Shown: positions 17,546-20,000 of the stretch, one piece after another
Layout of the letters: the number at the start of each line of letters is the position of its first letter
How positions within the stretch are numbered: the first letter of the stretch is position 1
IMG/VR virus record: IMGVR_UViG_3300043473_000028
Direction: 5' to 3' (one strand)
Length of the DNA: 20,000 nt
DNA from: an uncultured virus (IMG/VR IMGVR_UViG_3300043473_000028)
Taxonomy: Duplodnaviria; Heunggongvirae; Uroviricota; Caudoviricetes
Made by a program: the position numbers and the translations under genes
The notes under the pieces: generated by a model
Database searches by the model: none
What the model was told of the DNA's origin: nothing
Seen by the model: only the letters and a program-made list of their open reading frames with translations

Positions 17546-17860
17546 ATGTTGCGCTTCATCGCCCTGCACCCCGGCGTCCATCCTGAGACGGCGGGCCTTT
17601 TACCCGGTTTCTTCAGTGAGCTTGACCCCCGCCCGGCCCGTGAGCAGATTGACAGCGGCTACCAGCATGGCGGCGGCTGGCGGCCCCAGAAGGGCTTCAC
17701 GTTCAACCCCGCCACCTTCACCATGCAGTACCCCGGTGACCCGCTGTTCAAGCCGCTGGCGTGGGCCTTCTTACGTGAGGAATTGCTTGTCATCTATGAG
17801 CATGAGTATCTGGCCATCATCCAGCCGGATGAGAGCTTTGAGATAGCGAGGGTGAACTGA
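17546..17860 (+). CDS. Hypothetical phage protein
   Basis: RBS GAGG at 17534. 104 aa. TGATG coupling to the next gene. Confidence 0.75.
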   Translation: MLRFIALHPGVHPETAGLLPGFFSELDPRPAREQIDSGYQHGGGWRPQKGFTFNPATFTMQYPGDPLFKPLAWAFLREELLVIYEHEYLAIIQPDESFEIARVN

Positions 17861-18066
17861 TGGCCGATAATGATGATGTTGATCTGGTGTTGTACATACA
17901 CCATGAGACGGCTGACGCCGTGCTGGTGTCTGAAGACGGCACAGAGAAGGATGCCGTCTGGTTGCCCAAACGGTTTGCTGAGCGCGGTGAGCGCCGCAGC
18001 AAGAGCGACCCCATATTTGAGTTCAGCGTGGCTGAGTGGCTGGCCCTGAGAGAGGGCCTGATATGA
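17860..18066 (+). CDS. Small hypothetical phage protein (HET..A.LV...VWLPK...EWLA...GLI type)
   Basis: Coupled at both ends. The motif is common among small phage proteins. Confidence 0.78.
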   Translation: MADNDDVDLVLYIHHETADAVLVSEDGTEKDAVWLPKRFAERGERRSKSDPIFEFSVAEWLALREGLI

Positions 18067-18503
18067 CCACAGGCCCCGGCACCAGCCCCGACACCTACCT
18101 GACCGCAGACCGCGTGCGGGGCATCTACAGCGCCTGCTGGCGGCCCAACGGTGCCGGGGCGATACCCAACCACTACATCGTGGTTGAGGGCTGGCTGGGC
18201 CAGCACACGTTCAACATCAACCGCCTGCACGCCCACCGTGAAGAAATCATCCGCATGCTGCTGAGCTTGCCCGCAGGCTTCAGGGCTGACGTGGGTGAGG
18301 GCGGCAGCGTGGGTGCCATGATCCAGCGCGGCGATGGCAGTGTCTGGTCAACCGACATGAAAGACATTGAGGCGCTGGTGGCGCTGGGCATGGCCACCGG
18401 CCTGACAACGTTCTGCGCGCCGCGTGAGAAGTGGCACCTGTTGCCGGGCGAATTGCCCTACGTCAGGGTTGAGATAACCAAGTTTGGCGTCAGTGTGAAT
18501 TGA
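18063..18503 (+). CDS. Hypothetical phage protein
   Basis: ATGA overlap at 18063 with RBS GAGGG. 146 aa (VEG...F...RL..H.EEI..ML..LP..F...G.GGS...LPGELPY). Confidence 0.75.
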   Translation: MTTGPGTSPDTYLTADRVRGIYSACWRPNGAGAIPNHYIVVEGWLGQHTFNINRLHAHREEIIRMLLSLPAGFRADVGEGGSVGAMIQRGDGSVWSTDMKDIEALVALGMATGLTTFCAPREKWHLLPGELPYVRVEITKFGVSVN

Positions 18504-18509
18504 CGAATA

Positions 18510-18538
18510 TTGCCTCATTGAGCGGGGGAGTGTAGCGT
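18510..18538 (+). promoter_or_regulatory. Candidate sigma70-like promoter
   Basis: TTGCCT-N17-TAGCGT. The leader resembles that of the 14193 promoter (TCAGG...AAC..AA..ATAGGGG). Confidence 0.5.
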
Positions 18539-18571
18539 TGTCAGGTTTGTAACAAACCAATAGGGGTGTCT

Positions 18572-18949
18572 ATGAGTAAAATAACCGAATACAACACGCC
18601 GCCAGTGCCTGATGTGCTGGTGGAGGTCATGCAGCCAGTCAAGCTGTTTCTGCGCATGATCCCGTATGCCATTGAGTTGTGGATGACCGACGCAGAGTTC
18701 AAGAAGCTGAACACGGCGGTCAACAACAAGGATAGCGTCAGCGGCACGCTTGCGCTTGACCACATCGTGGCAACCCAGAGGGTGCAGAAATTTGCCAAGG
18801 AAAAGGGTGATACGCTGGTTGCTGGCGCACCCCTGAACGTGGCCAAGAAGAGCTACACCCACACGCGCAAGCATCTGGGCATTGACATCACCACGCGCCG
18901 CAAGGTGGGTGGCCCGCTGATCACTGATGGCAGCGGCGCTGCTGAGTGA
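18572..18949 (+). CDS. Hypothetical protein
   Basis: RBS ATAGGGG then ATG 18572. 125 aa with a basic C-terminal part. Followed by a terminator. Confidence 0.72.
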   Translation: MSKITEYNTPPVPDVLVEVMQPVKLFLRMIPYAIELWMTDAEFKKLNTAVNNKDSVSGTLALDHIVATQRVQKFAKEKGDTLVAGAPLNVAKKSYTHTRKHLGIDITTRRKVGGPLITDGSGAAE

Positions 18950-18955
18950 CCGGCT

Positions 18956-18986
18956 GGGGCAGGCGGATCAACCGTCTGCCCCTTTT
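18956..18986 (+). terminator. Intrinsic terminator
   Basis: GGGGCAGGCGG-ATCAA-CCGTCTGCCCC-TTTT. Confidence 0.75.
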
Positions 18987-19004
18987 CAAAAAACAGGGGT
19001 GAAG

Positions 19005-20000
19005 ATGTCTGACCTGACACAACCAACCACCATACCCTATGACGCCGCCGTGACTGAGGTGCGTGACCTGTTCACGCGGGCTGAGCGTGATCTGTGGCGC
19101 ATCGCTGAAATTGTGGCGCACCTAGAGCCGAAATACGGTGAAGGCACGCTGAAACGGTTTGCCGCAGACATTGGTTTAGCGGGGCGTACTGCTCGCTTAT
19201 ACCGTGAAACTTATGAGAAATGGAACCCTGTCATCAATCAAAATGGCAAACGTTTGCCATTTGTGCCTCTGACCATAGCCGCTCAATTGAATGGCCACCC
19301 AGATAAGGAACGTATAGTGCTAGAGAACCCCAATCTGAGTGCGCGTGACGCGGCCAAGTTCATGGATCAACACAAGCCCAAAAAGAAGAAAGCTGACCCC
19401 AAACCCAAGCCAGAGCCTGAGCCCACGCCTGAAGAGCGCGCCCTGCGCGCCTATGACCGGCGCAAAGCGGCAGGTGAGCCCATCACGCATGACCTGATTG
19501 CCAAAGAAGCGGGCGTCAGTGATGGCACCGCCAATAAGGCCATAGGCATCCGCCGGGCTGAAGAAAAGCAGGCTAAGGAAAAGGTTGAACTCAGCAAATC
19601 AAAGCAGAAACAATTTGACGCGGCCATGCGGGCTGAGCAAAAACGGCTTGAGCATCTGTTTGAAACGCGCGTGCTGGCTGAAGTCAAGCGGCGCATGGAT
19701 GAATTTACCTTACCACAATGGCTTGAAAACTTTAAGGGGTTGCTGAGTGACATTAAGTACAGAAAAGGTGTCATGAAGCATGAAGAGTACCGCAAGATCA
19801 TGAAGTGCTTGCACCCTGACACCGTTCAGCATCTGAACCCGCCAGCAGAACTGATGGCTATGTTCAATGAAGCTTTTGGCATCTTCAAGCGCTATGAGCT
19901 TGCGCTGTGCAATGAGAGAGAGTTGCCCAGCAATGCGCCGCCGCTACCCACGCTGGCTGAACTGCACGCCCGCCGCGCCGCCGATGATGCGGCGCAGAAG
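19005..20000 (+). CDS. Multi-domain protein (3'-truncated): two HTH-like motifs and a C-terminal J-domain-like HPD motif
   Basis: Not in the ORF track; translated by hand. RBS AGGGG, ATG 19005, open for 332 codons: MSDLTQP...YGEGTLKRFAADIGLAGRTARLYR...ITHDLIAKEAGVSDGTANKAI...EEYRKIMKCLHPD...MFNEAF. Confidence 0.85.
   Translation, partial: MSDLTQPTTIPYDAAVTEVRDLFTRAERDLWRIAEIVAHLEPKYGEGTLKRFAADIGLAGRTARLYRETYEKWNPVINQNGKRLPFVPLTIAAQLNGHPDKERIVLENPNLSARDAAKFMDQHKPKKKKADPKPKPEPEPTPEERALRAYDRRKAAGEPITHDLIAKEAGVSDGTANKAIGIRRAEEKQAKEKVELSKSKQKQFDAAMRAEQKRLEHLFETRVLAEVKRRMDEFTLPQWLENFKGLLSDIKYRKGVMKHEEYRKIMKCLHPDTVQHLNPPAELMAMFNEAFGIFKRYELALCNERELPSNAPPLPTLAELHARRAADDAAQK
19241..19262. repeat. 22-bp perfect palindrome within the CDS
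   Basis: AAATGGCAAAC|GTTTGCCATTT is self-complementary with no spacer. Confidence 0.95.

Noticed and set aside
257..19822. Many 60-200 aa alternative-frame and antisense ORFs in the track
   Set aside because: These are expected in GC-rich DNA. They overlap well-supported genes and lack RBSs or family motifs.

Overview
This is a GC-rich tailed-phage (siphovirus-like) or prophage segment, probably with an alphaproteobacterial host (inferred from a VPLPA-CTERM sorting signal). Bases 1-8581 (+) are a tail module: tape-measure C-terminus with a lysozyme domain, Dit-like protein with an inserted domain, DUF1833-like hub, NlpC/P60, TipJ-like central fibre, collar/HxH tail fibre and chaperone. Bases 8571-11363 (+) are a lysis region with a GH19-type endolysin and two small membrane proteins. 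Two minus-strand genes follow: a secreted VPLPA-CTERM (exosortase-substrate) moron and an SNF2 helicase. A divergent promoter/origin-like intergenic region (about 13880-14250) leads into a plus-strand replication/early operon (conserved protein, SSB-like protein, AEP primase, small hypotheticals). The last ORF, missing from the supplied track, runs off the window and combines HTH motifs, a 22-bp perfect palindrome in its own coding sequence and a J-domain-like HPD motif. I found no TCGA in the window by eye. All product calls come from motif recognition, not database searches.
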